Shown: positions 17,798 through 28,256, counted from the first letter of the stretch. The stretch: DNA of 64,000 bases from an uncultured virus (IMG/VR IMGVR_UViG_3300017763_003471) (IMGVR_UViG_3300017763_003471:1-64000), one strand, 5' to 3'. The notes: generated by a model from the sequence alone, not told the origin. Numbers and translations are program-made.

Positions 17798-19391
17798 ACA
17801 CACAGACCATCAACGTTCAACCAATTTTAGCAAGAGAGTTAGATGTGCAGTATTAGATACATCTAAAACTATTGGTGATGACGAAATATCACAATACACT
17901 AGACAGATGACTTATAACTTTCTTAGAAACAATTACAGTCATTATAGACATAAGATTTACGAAGAGGATACAGTTGATAAGATACTAGCAGACTTAGCCA
18001 ATGATCCAGAAGAAAGTGATATTGTTCTTTTAGTAGTTCAAGCATACGGTAACATATTATATGATACGTGGCAACCACTGGAACATGGTTATAGTTTATT
18101 CAGAGAGTATTGCAATCATGATTGGTTAGCAGATGCTAAAGCAAATAAGTTTTTATTAATGGGACATATACTTGATGACCAACACAAAGATAGATGGTTT
18201 AGATTACATGAGCAATGTTTCGTTATCAATTATCCTATGTGGAAAGCAATGGGAAGACCTGCGTTTGGAGACTTTGGGGTTAAGCAACAGGAAGTTAGAC
18301 AGGCTGTGAGAAGTACAGAAAACTTTCATGACGGACATACGCCTAAGTATTTGTCACCGGGAACAGAACAAGAAACAATTAATCGTACAGGCTTTGGTTG
18401 GAATCTAATCAATGAGAGTTTAAAAGCAGGACTATCAGTATTAAACTTTGATGAGCAGGCTCGTAAGACTAAAACATATTTGTATCCAGAGATTAAAGAA
18501 GAACAAGAAGAATTCAAAAAGTTCTTTAGAGAAGATTGTGCTAACTTTAAAGCACACGAAAGTAATCTAGGTCAAACTAAAAAAGACTTCTTACAATATC
18601 AAGCCTATACAGTTCAACGCTCACCAGATGCCATATGGGTTATGAATACAGAGTCAGTAAATGATGTTATATTTGTTCCTAGAAAGTTTCCACTAAAGAA
18701 TATTTACAGTGTAGCCGCAGGATTTAAAACATTTGCATTCTTAAATAATTGGAACCCTAATACTGATGTAGAGAATGTAGGTCTACATTACTTTGATATA
18801 TCAGAGAACAGTTTAGAAGCAAGAAAATGGTTACACACTGAATGGGATCCGAGAGACTTTAATCAGTACTTAGATTATTTACACGATGAATGGTATAAGA
18901 CTGATAAAGCCCTGATATCAATTTATGAAGACTTTGATTTCATGTCACCTAATTGGGATAGTGAAAGAGAAAAAGCAAAAGAGGCATATCAAAAAAGCAT
19001 TCTAAGAATCTTTGATACAATGGAAGACTTCTATGAAATGCATGAGAAAGTTAAACATAATCCTAATATAACATACGGAGTAGCAGATTTATGTAGAGAC
19101 TATCAGCCTCTTGTAGATAGAATTCAACCACATGAAGAAGGATTTGATAGTGTGGTATGGAGTAGTAATTATATTACAACAAGATATACAACGTGGTTAC
19201 TATCATATGAAGAACGTAGAGATATCTACAAAGAAGTAGTAAAGAAAATGTGCGATAAAAACAAACATCTTAGATTGCATAGTGCAGATTGGGATGGTTC
19301 ACCAACTAGAGGAATGAAATTAGAAGAAATTAATCACGCATACGGATATCCGGAAGAGTTATTTTTAAAATGGCGAAGCAAGAGAAACTAA
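17790..19391 (+). CDS. hypothetical protein, possible transferase
   Basis: 533-aa coupled ORF; no confidently recognised motif. Confidence 0.7.
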   Translation: MTKHTDHQRSTNFSKRVRCAVLDTSKTIGDDEISQYTRQMTYNFLRNNYSHYRHKIYEEDTVDKILADLANDPEESDIVLLVVQAYGNILYDTWQPLEHGYSLFREYCNHDWLADAKANKFLLMGHILDDQHKDRWFRLHEQCFVINYPMWKAMGRPAFGDFGVKQQEVRQAVRSTENFHDGHTPKYLSPGTEQETINRTGFGWNLINESLKAGLSVLNFDEQARKTKTYLYPEIKEEQEEFKKFFREDCANFKAHESNLGQTKKDFLQYQAYTVQRSPDAIWVMNTESVNDVIFVPRKFPLKNIYSVAAGFKTFAFLNNWNPNTDVENVGLHYFDISENSLEARKWLHTEWDPRDFNQYLDYLHDEWYKTDKALISIYEDFDFMSPNWDSEREKAKEAYQKSILRIFDTMEDFYEMHEKVKHNPNITYGVADLCRDYQPLVDRIQPHEEGFDSVVWSSNYITTRYTTWLLSYEERRDIYKEVVKKMCDKNKHLRLHSADWDGSPTRGMKLEEINHAYGYPEELFLKWRSKRN

Positions 19392-20608
19392 GATATATAA
19401 AATTTGATGTAGGTGTGTTACACTTAGAGTTAACCTCACGATGTAATGCATTATGTCCTATGTGTGGAAGAACTACTGGTATGGATGGTGCAGTAGAAGG
19501 TGGTGAAGTAGTATTAAAGAAACGTGATGATGTACATTTACTTGATACAGATCCACAGTTGTTAACAAACATGATAGAAGAAATGAAACCGTTCTTACCT
19601 AATCATGTTTTTATCAATGGTAACTTTGGTGATCCAATTATGTATCCTCATCTATTAGAGATTATAAGAATGTACAAAGACGCTGGAGTTCCACAAGTAA
19701 CGCTGAGTACGAATGGTTCAGTACATAAACCAGAGTGGTGGATAGAGTTAGCAAGTATAATGAGAAAGCCTGATAAAGTTATTTTCGCAGTAGATGGGTT
19801 AGAGGATACTAATCATTTATATAGAGTGAATACAAACTTTAACAAGATAATGGAAAATGCACAGGCATTCATAGATGCTGGTGGACTAGCAAGATGGGAC
19901 TTTATTGCATTTGCACACAACGAACATCAAATTGAAGAAGCCAAAGCATTAGCAGATAAGATGGGCTTTGTTAAATTTAGATATAAGAAATCTAATCGCT
20001 ATGTAATACCTACACATTATGCAGGCGACAAAGAAGAAAAAGTAGAAACAAAAACAGAATTGAAATTTGTTGCGAAACAACACGTAGCCATGGAAAAGAA
20101 AAAAGCAAAAACTACAGAAGAAAAAGCAAAAGCAATGGCTACTATATTGAAGGCACCAGAGAAAACAGATAATGCAAATACAACAAACAACGTTGAAAAA
20201 GTGATTAAGAAACATAAGACATTTGATAATTATGTAAAAGCTACAGACATTGCTTGTCAGACTATGAGAGATAAAAGTATATTTGTAGATTACGAAGGTA
20301 AAGTTTGGCCTTGTTGTTGGCAAGGACATTACTACAGTAAAGTAGGACATGACATGGCAACACCTAGACGTATCGAAGACAATGCTATTATGAATAGAAA
20401 ATACGGAGAAGGATTTAATGACTTGTCAAAGCATAGCATTCATGATATACTAAACTCACCATACTTTTCAAATGATTTAGTAGATAGTTGGGAGATAAAC
20501 TCTCCTGACAGATTATGGATATGTGGCAAGACATGTGGAAAAGAATTAGATTTCAGAGGAAACGGAGAAAAGAACTTTGAGGATACGGAGATGAATGAAT
20601 ATGCCTGA
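19370..20608 (+). CDS. radical SAM protein (type B)
   Basis: CNALCPMC; GNFGDP; PCCW...CGKTCG; paralog of 13285..14376. Confidence 0.9.
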   Translation: MAKQEKLRYIKFDVGVLHLELTSRCNALCPMCGRTTGMDGAVEGGEVVLKKRDDVHLLDTDPQLLTNMIEEMKPFLPNHVFINGNFGDPIMYPHLLEIIRMYKDAGVPQVTLSTNGSVHKPEWWIELASIMRKPDKVIFAVDGLEDTNHLYRVNTNFNKIMENAQAFIDAGGLARWDFIAFAHNEHQIEEAKALADKMGFVKFRYKKSNRYVIPTHYAGDKEEKVETKTELKFVAKQHVAMEKKKAKTTEEKAKAMATILKAPEKTDNANTTNNVEKVIKKHKTFDNYVKATDIACQTMRDKSIFVDYEGKVWPCCWQGHYYSKVGHDMATPRRIEDNAIMNRKYGEGFNDLSKHSIHDILNSPYFSNDLVDSWEINSPDRLWICGKTCGKELDFRGNGEKNFEDTEMNEYA

Positions 20609-22022
20609 TACATTTTGCATATTACCTTGGATTAATATCTCAACACGTGCAAATGGAGATTTGCGTGTATGTTGTCATGCCAATCAAGGACCTACTCGAG
20701 GTATCTATAAGAAAGAAGATGGGACAAACTATAATCTTAAACAAGATAAGATTACTGATGCGATTAACTCTCCACTAGCAAAAGAAATTCGTAAAACAAT
20801 GTTAGATAACAAATGGCATGCAGAGTGTATTAGATGTTTACGTGAAGAAAAATCAGGTATGAAGTCCAGACGTATTAACGATGGCGAAAGATTTGCTCAA
20901 CATATAACATTTGAACAAGCGAAAGAACATACCTCAGAAGATGGTACAATAGATTTAAATCATATAAAACAAACTTACTATGATATTCGTTTAGGTAATT
21001 TCTGTAACTTAAAATGTCGTATGTGTTCTCCGATGGATAGTAGTTCTTGGTACGATGATTATGTTAAGATGTGGGGTACAAATAAGTTTAAAGATACACA
21101 TGGTATCGTAGAAATGTATAAGAATAACAAAGGTAGATTTGTATCAAACGATTACGATTGGGTTAAGAAGGATCACTTCTGGGAGAATTTAAAAGAAAAC
21201 GTAAAAGGAATGCAACATGTTTATCTAGTAGGTGGTGAACCTCTTATCATTGAAGAACATTATGATTTCTTAAAGTATTGTGTCGAAGTAGATAAAGCAA
21301 AAGAAATGACACTTGAATACAATACTAACTTAACTAACATTCAACCTAGAGCATTAGAGTTATGGAAACAATTTAAGCAAGTTCAGTTTGGTATATCAAT
21401 GGACGGAATAGGTGAGACATTAGAATATGTACGTAACCCACTTAAGTCAAAACTAATGGAAAAGAATTTAGTAAGACTAGATGAAGTTGGTTTAGAGAAA
21501 ATGAATTTCAGAGCCTGGATAGCATTTACTATTGGTGCCCTGAATGCTTTTCATTTTACAGATTTCTTAAAGTGGAAGATAGAACAAGACTTTGCAGTTA
21601 TATCTCCTATGCTAAAGAATAATCCTAAGCCATTTATTAATGCACACCCAATACATAAACCACATGAATTAGCAACAAGATTTCTACCATTAGAAGTAAA
21701 AGACCAAGTACGTGATAAATGGGAAGAATTTAGAACAGAGTTCAAAACAGAAATAGTAAATAATATTGACTATCATTCACTCGCTAAGAAAAATCCTATG
21801 GCAATGGGAATGATTAAGCCTGCAAACAAAGAGTGGGCTATAATGAAAATGGACCAATTACTTGATAATAATATTAAGTTTATGTATGATGAAGATTGGT
21901 TCACAGAAGAAAATAACAAGAAGTTCTGGCAATACAATGAGAAACTTGATGGAATCAGAAACGAAAACATGGAAAAACAATTACCAGAGTTGTATAACGC
22001 AATGAAGAAATATAAGGTATAA
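20595..22022 (+). CDS. radical SAM protein with N-terminal twitch domain (type A)
   Basis: FCILPW..VCC..CIRC; CNLKCRMC; GGEP. Confidence 0.9.
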   Translation: MNMPDTFCILPWINISTRANGDLRVCCHANQGPTRGIYKKEDGTNYNLKQDKITDAINSPLAKEIRKTMLDNKWHAECIRCLREEKSGMKSRRINDGERFAQHITFEQAKEHTSEDGTIDLNHIKQTYYDIRLGNFCNLKCRMCSPMDSSSWYDDYVKMWGTNKFKDTHGIVEMYKNNKGRFVSNDYDWVKKDHFWENLKENVKGMQHVYLVGGEPLIIEEHYDFLKYCVEVDKAKEMTLEYNTNLTNIQPRALELWKQFKQVQFGISMDGIGETLEYVRNPLKSKLMEKNLVRLDEVGLEKMNFRAWIAFTIGALNAFHFTDFLKWKIEQDFAVISPMLKNNPKPFINAHPIHKPHELATRFLPLEVKDQVRDKWEEFRTEFKTEIVNNIDYHSLAKKNPMAMGMIKPANKEWAIMKMDQLLDNNIKFMYDEDWFTEENNKKFWQYNEKLDGIRNENMEKQLPELYNAMKKYKV

Positions 22023-22023
22023 G

Positions 22024-23187
22024 ATGGAAATAGATAAGCAATCACTTAAATGGTCACAGTATGATTTTACTAAGATACCTTTTGATGATATTGTCAAAGT
22101 AGGACAACGTACTTTATTGTATAGAGATTTATTCTCAGTGTCTTGGTTACTAGGTCGTTTCTGTAATTATAAATGTAGTTACTGTTGGCCTTATGCTAGG
22201 TCAGATAGAAAAGACCATAGACCTACAGAATTGTGTTTAGCAACTATTGATGAGATAAAGAGGCAAGCACGTGATAATGGGTTTAATAGTTTTCATTTTA
22301 GTTTATCTGGTGGTGAGCCTACTTTCCATCCAGGATACTTGGACATCTTACAACATTTGGCTGATGATGTCGATAATTGTAATTACACTAGCGTTCATAT
22401 GACTAGTAATATCTCTCGTAAAAAAGATTGGTTTATAAAGTATGCTGAGATAGTAGGTAAAATGCATAGAGCAAGTATTACAGCCAGTTATCATAGAGAG
22501 TTTGCAAAGCCAGAAGAATTTGCAGACAAACTTTTATTATGTATGGAATATGATATACAAGTAACTATTAATATGGTTCTTGTTCCTGAAAGATTTGATG
22601 TTGATTGGGATAATGCATTATACTTTCATAACAGAGGTATTAATGTTACGTTAAAGCCTCAATCTGATCCTACTGCTTCTTTTGTTGTTAAAGGTTATAC
22701 AGATAAGCAATTAGAGATTATGCAGAATGGTATGCCACAACGTGCATACACAGATGATTTACAAAAGACAACAGGTAAAAAGATTATAAGACCTAAGCCA
22801 GCAAAGACTATGTGGAACCAAGACATAATGAATGGTGATGATAAAGGTGTCCCACCAATCATGCAAGTAGAGTTTGAAGATAGCAAAGGCAAGAAGTGGT
22901 ACATAGACCAAGCAGAAAGATTTAATGCTTTCAACTTTAATAAGTTCAAAGGTTGGGATTGTACTAGTGGCTTCAAAGGTGTTATCATAAGAGAACCAGA
23001 CGGAAGTATTAAACGTTCTTACAGTTGTGCAGATGAACCACTAGGATATATCGAAAGTGGATTTAAACTATTTGATAAGCCTAAGCCGTGTATTAGTGAA
23101 AGTTGTGTTTCAAGTGCAGATAGTAAGATACCAAAAAGGGCACCAGGTCACCAAGTAAGAATATATCCAAATGAAAAGATTAGATAA
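22024..23187 (+). CDS. radical SAM protein (type C)
   Basis: CNYKCSYC; GGEPT; FKGWDC...CISESCVS. Confidence 0.9.
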   Translation: MEIDKQSLKWSQYDFTKIPFDDIVKVGQRTLLYRDLFSVSWLLGRFCNYKCSYCWPYARSDRKDHRPTELCLATIDEIKRQARDNGFNSFHFSLSGGEPTFHPGYLDILQHLADDVDNCNYTSVHMTSNISRKKDWFIKYAEIVGKMHRASITASYHREFAKPEEFADKLLLCMEYDIQVTINMVLVPERFDVDWDNALYFHNRGINVTLKPQSDPTASFVVKGYTDKQLEIMQNGMPQRAYTDDLQKTTGKKIIRPKPAKTMWNQDIMNGDDKGVPPIMQVEFEDSKGKKWYIDQAERFNAFNFNKFKGWDCTSGFKGVIIREPDGSIKRSYSCADEPLGYIESGFKLFDKPKPCISESCVSSADSKIPKRAPGHQVRIYPNEKIR

Positions 23188-24091
23188 GATAGATTTATTT
23201 ACAGAACATTGTGAGAATAGAGAACAGGCTATTCGTAAAGCAAAAGCTATTGTAGATGAAGATGTTATTGAGGTAGGAAGTTCAGTTAATATCTTTAATG
23301 ACTCTTATGACTTTTCAATATTACATGACCAAATGGCATTCTTAGAACAATATGATGAGTGGATACATTCTAGTAAAAAGTTTAAGATAATGGGACTTGA
23401 TAAGTTTACTAATAGATTAGTTACTAACGGTATTACTGATGCATTTACCGACTTCTATGAGACTGCAAAATACTTACATGTACTCAGAGGCGAGTACACG
23501 TATCACAGGGACCTAGGGATACCTGTATTAGATACATATAAAGACATACCAATCAATTCATCTTTGATTATAAGTTATCCTTTTAGTGCTACTGGGAACG
23601 TACATTTTGACTGGGATAGAATAATAGAAACATGTAATAAAAGAAATGTTGCTATATTCATAGATTGTTGTTTGTTTGGTGTAGCAGAAGTACCTAGATT
23701 AGATTTAAATCATAAATGCATAACCCATGTAGCATTTAGTTTCAGTAAGACATTCGCTACTGGAGGATTGCGTACAGGTATGTTATATAAAAGAAATGTT
23801 GAACGTACCGCATTGCAATTACAAAATCAACACTTTTATACACAGATGGCTGGAATGAAAATACATTCAGAATTAATGAAAGAGTTCAGTCCTGATTATA
23901 TGTGTAATAAATATAGACAGAAACAAATCGAGTTAGCAAAGACATTAGAAATAGAACCAAGTGATAGTGTTATCTTTGGCATTAGTACAAAAGATAAAGA
24001 CAATCATTTTGAAAGAGACGGATATATTAATAGATTATGTTTGTCTTATGCTTTGCAAGAACACGACAAACATTACGAGGACTTTGAATGA
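23171..24091 (+). CDS. PLP-dependent fold-I (aminotransferase-like) enzyme
   Basis: SYPFSATG, IDCC, FSFSKTF...GLRTG (PLP Lys), C-terminal NRLC. Confidence 0.65.
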   Translation: MKRLDKIDLFTEHCENREQAIRKAKAIVDEDVIEVGSSVNIFNDSYDFSILHDQMAFLEQYDEWIHSSKKFKIMGLDKFTNRLVTNGITDAFTDFYETAKYLHVLRGEYTYHRDLGIPVLDTYKDIPINSSLIISYPFSATGNVHFDWDRIIETCNKRNVAIFIDCCLFGVAEVPRLDLNHKCITHVAFSFSKTFATGGLRTGMLYKRNVERTALQLQNQHFYTQMAGMKIHSELMKEFSPDYMCNKYRQKQIELAKTLEIEPSDSVIFGISTKDKDNHFERDGYINRLCLSYALQEHDKHYEDFE

Positions 24092-24777
24092 GTGTAGAAA
24101 AATTAGACATAGAATTCGATTACAAGAGACTTGTAGGAGAGTTCAAAGGACTTGACATTGAACAGAAACTTATTGATAATGAATATCAGATAGCAGTTCA
24201 ATGTAGAGAAGGTATTGAGGGTGAAAAGCAATTAACTGATAGTTGTGGCAGTTTGCTATACGATTGGGATAATTACTTTCCAGAACAAGATTACGAAAAC
24301 TCAGGACCTAAAGTACGTGATGTAGTACTAGAAGAAGATGTATTTAATCTAGTTTGTGATATATGGAAAGGTACATATATAGGCGAAGTAGTAAATGCAT
24401 TATACGAAGAATATGGAGTCCTGAGAGGTAGATTTATGATGTTAGGAATGAAAAAATGTTTAACATATCATAAAGACAACACACCAAGATTGCATATTCC
24501 TTTAGTAACTGATGATAAATGTTTTATGGTTATCGATGATAAAGTATGCAGAATACCATATGGTGGAGTATATAAAGTTGATACTACAAAAAGACACACC
24601 GCCATAAACGCAAGTAAGATATTAAGAACACATTTAGTATTTTGTTTACCTAAGCCAATAATAGATAAATCTAAACCTTTACCGTGGGAAATACCTACTG
24701 AGTTGGGTGGACCTAAAGGTGCAGAGCCTACAAGATTTGGTACATGGGAAAACAAAGGAAGGGAAATAGATTTTTAA
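24088..24777 (+). CDS. AspH-like 2OG-Fe(II) oxygenase
   Basis: RFM...YHKD..RLHIPL...HTAIN...RTHLV. Confidence 0.75.
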   Translation: MSVEKLDIEFDYKRLVGEFKGLDIEQKLIDNEYQIAVQCREGIEGEKQLTDSCGSLLYDWDNYFPEQDYENSGPKVRDVVLEEDVFNLVCDIWKGTYIGEVVNALYEEYGVLRGRFMMLGMKKCLTYHKDNTPRLHIPLVTDDKCFMVIDDKVCRIPYGGVYKVDTTKRHTAINASKILRTHLVFCLPKPIIDKSKPLPWEIPTELGGPKGAEPTRFGTWENKGREIDF

Positions 24778-25235
24778 TGACTGATTTAATAACAGGTTCA
24801 GACCATAGAGGTTATGAATTAAAATGTGCAATAGAGAAACATCTTGTTCCTATTGACAAAGATATAACAAGCGATATAGTAACATATTTAGATTGTGGTT
24901 GCTATGATAGTAAAGCAAAAGTAGATTATCCAGATGTAGTAAAGAGTTTGGCTTTAGAAATGAAGTCAGTTTTTGATAGAGGGATTTTAGTATGTGGTTC
25001 TGGGTTTGGTGTAGCAATAGCGGCCAATCGATATCCACATATTCGTGCAGTAACAGTTCGCACTCCTAAAGAAGCAGAAATGGCAAGACTACATAATGAT
25101 GCAAACGTATTATGTTTAGGTGCAGATTTTACTTCTACAAAAGATGCATTAAAAATTGTTGATAAGTTTTTAACTACCAAATTTGAAGGTGGTAGACATA
25201 AAGATAGAGTTGCTAAACTGACATCGATGCTTTAA
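24777..25235 (+). CDS. rpiB: ribose-5-phosphate isomerase B
   Basis: GSDHRG, VDYPD, CGSGFG, ARLHNDANVLCLG, FEGGRH; start at 24777 (TAATG overlap). Confidence 0.92.
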   Translation: MTDLITGSDHRGYELKCAIEKHLVPIDKDITSDIVTYLDCGCYDSKAKVDYPDVVKSLALEMKSVFDRGILVCGSGFGVAIAANRYPHIRAVTVRTPKEAEMARLHNDANVLCLGADFTSTKDALKIVDKFLTTKFEGGRHKDRVAKLTSML

Positions 25236-26082
25236 TAAAAGGCTGAGGGTCGTAACCAATCAATTCAAAATCTTCTATTTTAAAATCATCTATAGACTCA
25301 ACAGTTCTATTAATTTTTAGTTTAGGAAAATGTTCTGCTTGTCTTTCTAATTGCTCTTTGACTGCATCAAAGTGATCCTCATATACGTGACAGTCACCAA
25401 AGATATGATTAAAATCACCAACACCTAACTTACAAACATGTGCAATCATATAAGTTAATAATGAATATGATGCAATGTTAAATGGAACTCCTAAAAATAA
25501 ATCTGCACTACGTTGATACATGTTACAAGATAATTTTCTATCATTAGATACATAGAATTGTGACATAGTATGACATGGTGGTAAAGCCATCATATCTACA
25601 TCCCTTGGATTCCATGCATTAAGAATATGTCTACGTGATTGTGGATTCTCTTTAATAGTTTTTATAATTTCAGCTATCTGGTCAACACCGTTAGAATTTC
25701 TCCATTGAACACCATACACTGGTCCTAAGTTCTTTACTGTATCAGTGTTAGTAAAGCCTAATTCTTTACCTTGCTTGTCAGCATTGTCAGTCCAAATAGT
25801 TCTCTTACCAATTAAATTCTCTCGTTTATCACCGTAATGAATTTCTGCTAGTCTACGTTCATCACTAGACCCTTCTAAGAACCAAAGTAATTCACTTAGT
25901 ATTGCTTTGAAGTTTACTTTTTTAGTTGTTAATAAAGGTAGACCAGCTTCAAGTTGAAAGTTTAAATGTGCATAAAATATACTACGAGTTCCTGTACCAG
26001 TTCGTTCTTGGTCTCGCTTCTCGCCTGTATCCATTACATGTTGTAGTAAGGAAAGGTATTCCTCTTCTTCCCAATTAGCCAT
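25213..26082 (-). CDS. thyA: thymidylate synthase
   Basis: RTGTGT, PLLTTK, ELLWF, LGPVYGVQWR, MALPPCH, YQRSAD..LGVPFN, GDCHVY. Confidence 0.97.
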   Translation of the reverse strand: MANWEEEEYLSLLQHVMDTGEKRDQERTGTGTRSIFYAHLNFQLEAGLPLLTTKKVNFKAILSELLWFLEGSSDERRLAEIHYGDKRENLIGKRTIWTDNADKQGKELGFTNTDTVKNLGPVYGVQWRNSNGVDQIAEIIKTIKENPQSRRHILNAWNPRDVDMMALPPCHTMSQFYVSNDRKLSCNMYQRSADLFLGVPFNIASYSLLTYMIAHVCKLGVGDFNHIFGDCHVYEDHFDAVKEQLERQAEHFPKLKINRTVESIDDFKIEDFELIGYDPQPFIKASMSV

Positions 26083-26090
26083 TTACTATC

Positions 26091-26612
26091 CTATTTTCTA
26101 TCCCATATCTCAAATGTACAATGAGGTTCTGGGTATGGGTTTACGTATTTGGTTGCTTTAGTCTTTTTGAATTCTTTTAGATATTCCATAATATCTACTG
26201 TAGTGTCTACTGAAAATGCACCTTCAATTCTAGTTAAAAATATTTTATCACAAAACTTATAACCATCATCATAAAGTTTTTTACCACCTATAATGTATAT
26301 GTCTTTAGTTCCATGTCTTGATTGAATTGCAGTAATGATACTTTCAAGTGAATATTGATTGTGGTCATATAAATCATGAGCACCTGGAAAGTCTTCCATA
26401 TGTTTAGAAGTTATTACGTAATTGAGTCTGTCTTTTAATGGGGCTATTTTTCCTAAACTCTTCCAAGTATTAGAGCCCATGACAACTACATTATCAGTTG
26501 TCCAACCTGCGAACCATTTTAAATCTAGTTTGATTTTTGCCCAAGGTAAATCGTTTTTGTAACCGATGCCACCGTATTCGTCGGCGGCTAAAATCATATT
26601 AATCGCCATCAT
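26091..26612 (-). CDS. folA: dihydrofolate reductase
   Basis: GIGYKNDLPW, DLKWF, VVMGSNTW, PLKDR, IIGG. Confidence 0.92.
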   Translation of the reverse strand: MMAINMILAADEYGGIGYKNDLPWAKIKLDLKWFAGWTTDNVVVMGSNTWKSLGKIAPLKDRLNYVITSKHMEDFPGAHDLYDHNQYSLESIITAIQSRHGTKDIYIIGGKKLYDDGYKFCDKIFLTRIEGAFSVDTTVDIMEYLKEFKKTKATKYVNPYPEPHCTFEIWDRK

Positions 26613-26943
26613 CCTTCTCCTGCTTTTTCTTAGCTTCCTTTTCTAAGTACTCTTTAAAATGATTATTTAGTATCTTTTTTACGTTCATTACTACGTTCTG
26701 CCTAATGGCAGGCATATCAATAAACACTTGGATATCTTCTATGGCATCGAATTGCTCTACAAGTTTATCCCAACTAAAGTCATTTGCAACAGGTAGTGGA
26801 TTTACTAGTTCATCGCCTTTTAAAACGACTTGCTGACCGTTTGCTAATTTTACACTGATACTTTTAACGAATGCAGAAGGAATGCTTACTGGAAAGATTT
26901 CTTCCATTACCCTATCAAATTCTCCTTCTCTATCAAATTCCAT
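26599..26943 (-). CDS. hypothetical phage protein
   Basis: 114-aa coupled ORF. Confidence 0.7.
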   Translation of the reverse strand: MEFDREGEFDRVMEEIFPVSIPSAFVKSISVKLANGQQVVLKGDELVNPLPVANDFSWDKLVEQFDAIEDIQVFIDMPAIRQNVVMNVKKILNNHFKEYLEKEAKKKQEKDDGD

Positions 26944-27212
26944 TACGATAGTTCGTCCTTATCTTTCATCGAATCTATGTGTTCGATTGCGGCTAAGATT
27001 ACTGCACCTGCTTTTACCAAGTTATCCTTATAATCTTCCGCTGATGGTGGAGTAAGCATAGTGGCTCTCCGTGTATTCTGAACAAGATAATAAGATGCTA
27101 TAGCAACCCAATCATTGGGTGTGTTCTTAATATCTAATTCTGAACCGGGCATATCTGTATGCTTTTCACGTTCACGTGTAATTGCATCTAATATTTCACT
27201 ACGCCTACTCAT
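26943..27212 (-). CDS. hypothetical protein, possibly MazG-like helical fold
   Basis: Start MSRRSE at 27212; ITREREKH...LVKAGAVILAAIE resembles small MazG-like phage proteins. Confidence 0.5.
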   Translation of the reverse strand: MSRRSEILDAITREREKHTDMPGSELDIKNTPNDWVAIASYYLVQNTRRATMLTPPSAEDYKDNLVKAGAVILAAIEHIDSMKDKDELS

Positions 27213-27216
27213 AGTT

Positions 27217-27858
27217 TTATACCTCTGCTGAGGTTGTTTTCGCCGACATAGCTTCCTTAGTAGTACCTTTCGGTCTACCTCTACCACGTTTCGGTTCTTC
27301 TGCCGCCTTTTGTGCTAGAGTTGGATCATACTTAACCGCTTCATTTCTTTTCTTTACAGCCTCGTCCTCTAATAGAACAGCCTGTTGTAAAAGATTTTGT
27401 GCGATTGCTTTATTATCCATTTCACTATTAAGTGCTACTTGTTCGTCAATTCTCTGACCTGGCATTTCGCCTACGTCAGGTGACGGTTCAACTGCTCCCT
27501 CTTTGATATTATCCATTTCTGTAAGAATATCTGCTAGTGGGATTTGTTGTGATGGCGTTGGTTGCATAATCACTGCATCTACTGGTACTTTTTTTAAGTG
27601 ACCACTAGAGTGTAGAGATTGTAACATTGTTTCCCCATTCCAAAATGTTTTACGTTGAAGTGCCTCATGCAAATGATTTGCAGATTGACCTTCAGGCGAT
27701 GTAATTGCCGCCATAAAATCATCATGAAATTTATCTTGCAACATGTCTGAGTAAACTACTAGAGCATGTTCCTTGTCTTCTGGTATTTGCATAAAGACTA
27801 CACTTAGGCGTTGACCCGTGCCTTTATGTCTACCGATATGTTTAGTAATAGTTGCCAT
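27217..27858 (-). CDS. conserved phage protein with C-terminal AT-hook
   Basis: 213 aa; PKRGRGRPKG near the C-terminus. Confidence 0.7.
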   Translation of the reverse strand: MATITKHIGRHKGTGQRLSVVFMQIPEDKEHALVVYSDMLQDKFHDDFMAAITSPEGQSANHLHEALQRKTFWNGETMLQSLHSSGHLKKVPVDAVIMQPTPSQQIPLADILTEMDNIKEGAVEPSPDVGEMPGQRIDEQVALNSEMDNKAIAQNLLQQAVLLEDEAVKKRNEAVKYDPTLAQKAAEEPKRGRGRPKGTTKEAMSAKTTSAEV

Positions 27859-27860
27859 AA

Positions 27861-28145
27861 TTAACTATCCGTTCCTTCTGTAGTTTCAGCAGGCTTTTCG
27901 CCAGCCGCCTCACCAGCCGCGTCTGCCGCCGCCTTTTGTTGTGCTTGGACATGGTCAACGAATGCCTTTACTTTATTAGCGATTGCTCCAACTGATGATA
28001 ATTCCGCGGCTTGAAAAGCGCCACGTTTTGATGCTAGGTCAATAATATTGTAAATATTAACCAAGTCATTTACTGTAACCGTCGGCGCCTCTGCTGGTGC
28101 TTCTGCACTTGCTGGAGCCTCCGATTGTTTATTTGCTTCTGTCAT
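27861..28145 (-). CDS. conserved hypothetical phage protein
   Basis: DL..IIDLASKRGAFQAAELSSVG core with low-complexity flanks; AAGGAG RBS. Confidence 0.75.
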   Translation of the reverse strand: MTEANKQSEAPASAEAPAEAPTVTVNDLVNIYNIIDLASKRGAFQAAELSSVGAIANKVKAFVDHVQAQQKAAADAAGEAAGEKPAETTEGTDS

Positions 28146-28212
28146 TGTGTATACTCCTTTGACATTAGTTTAGTTTATTATATATAATAGAATAACTTAT
28201 TATTCAACTACT

Positions 28213-28241
28213 ATTATAACAAAATGAGGGAGTGAAGTCAA
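28213..28241 (-). promoter_or_regulatory. sigma70-type promoter
   Basis: TTGACT-17 nt-TATAAT. Confidence 0.8.
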
Positions 28242-28256
28242 GCCTTTATTTGATTA

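Noticed and set aside
27213..27287. Extended start of ORF 26943..27287
   Set aside because: Overlaps the upstream gene in another frame; the ATG at 27212 follows its stop.
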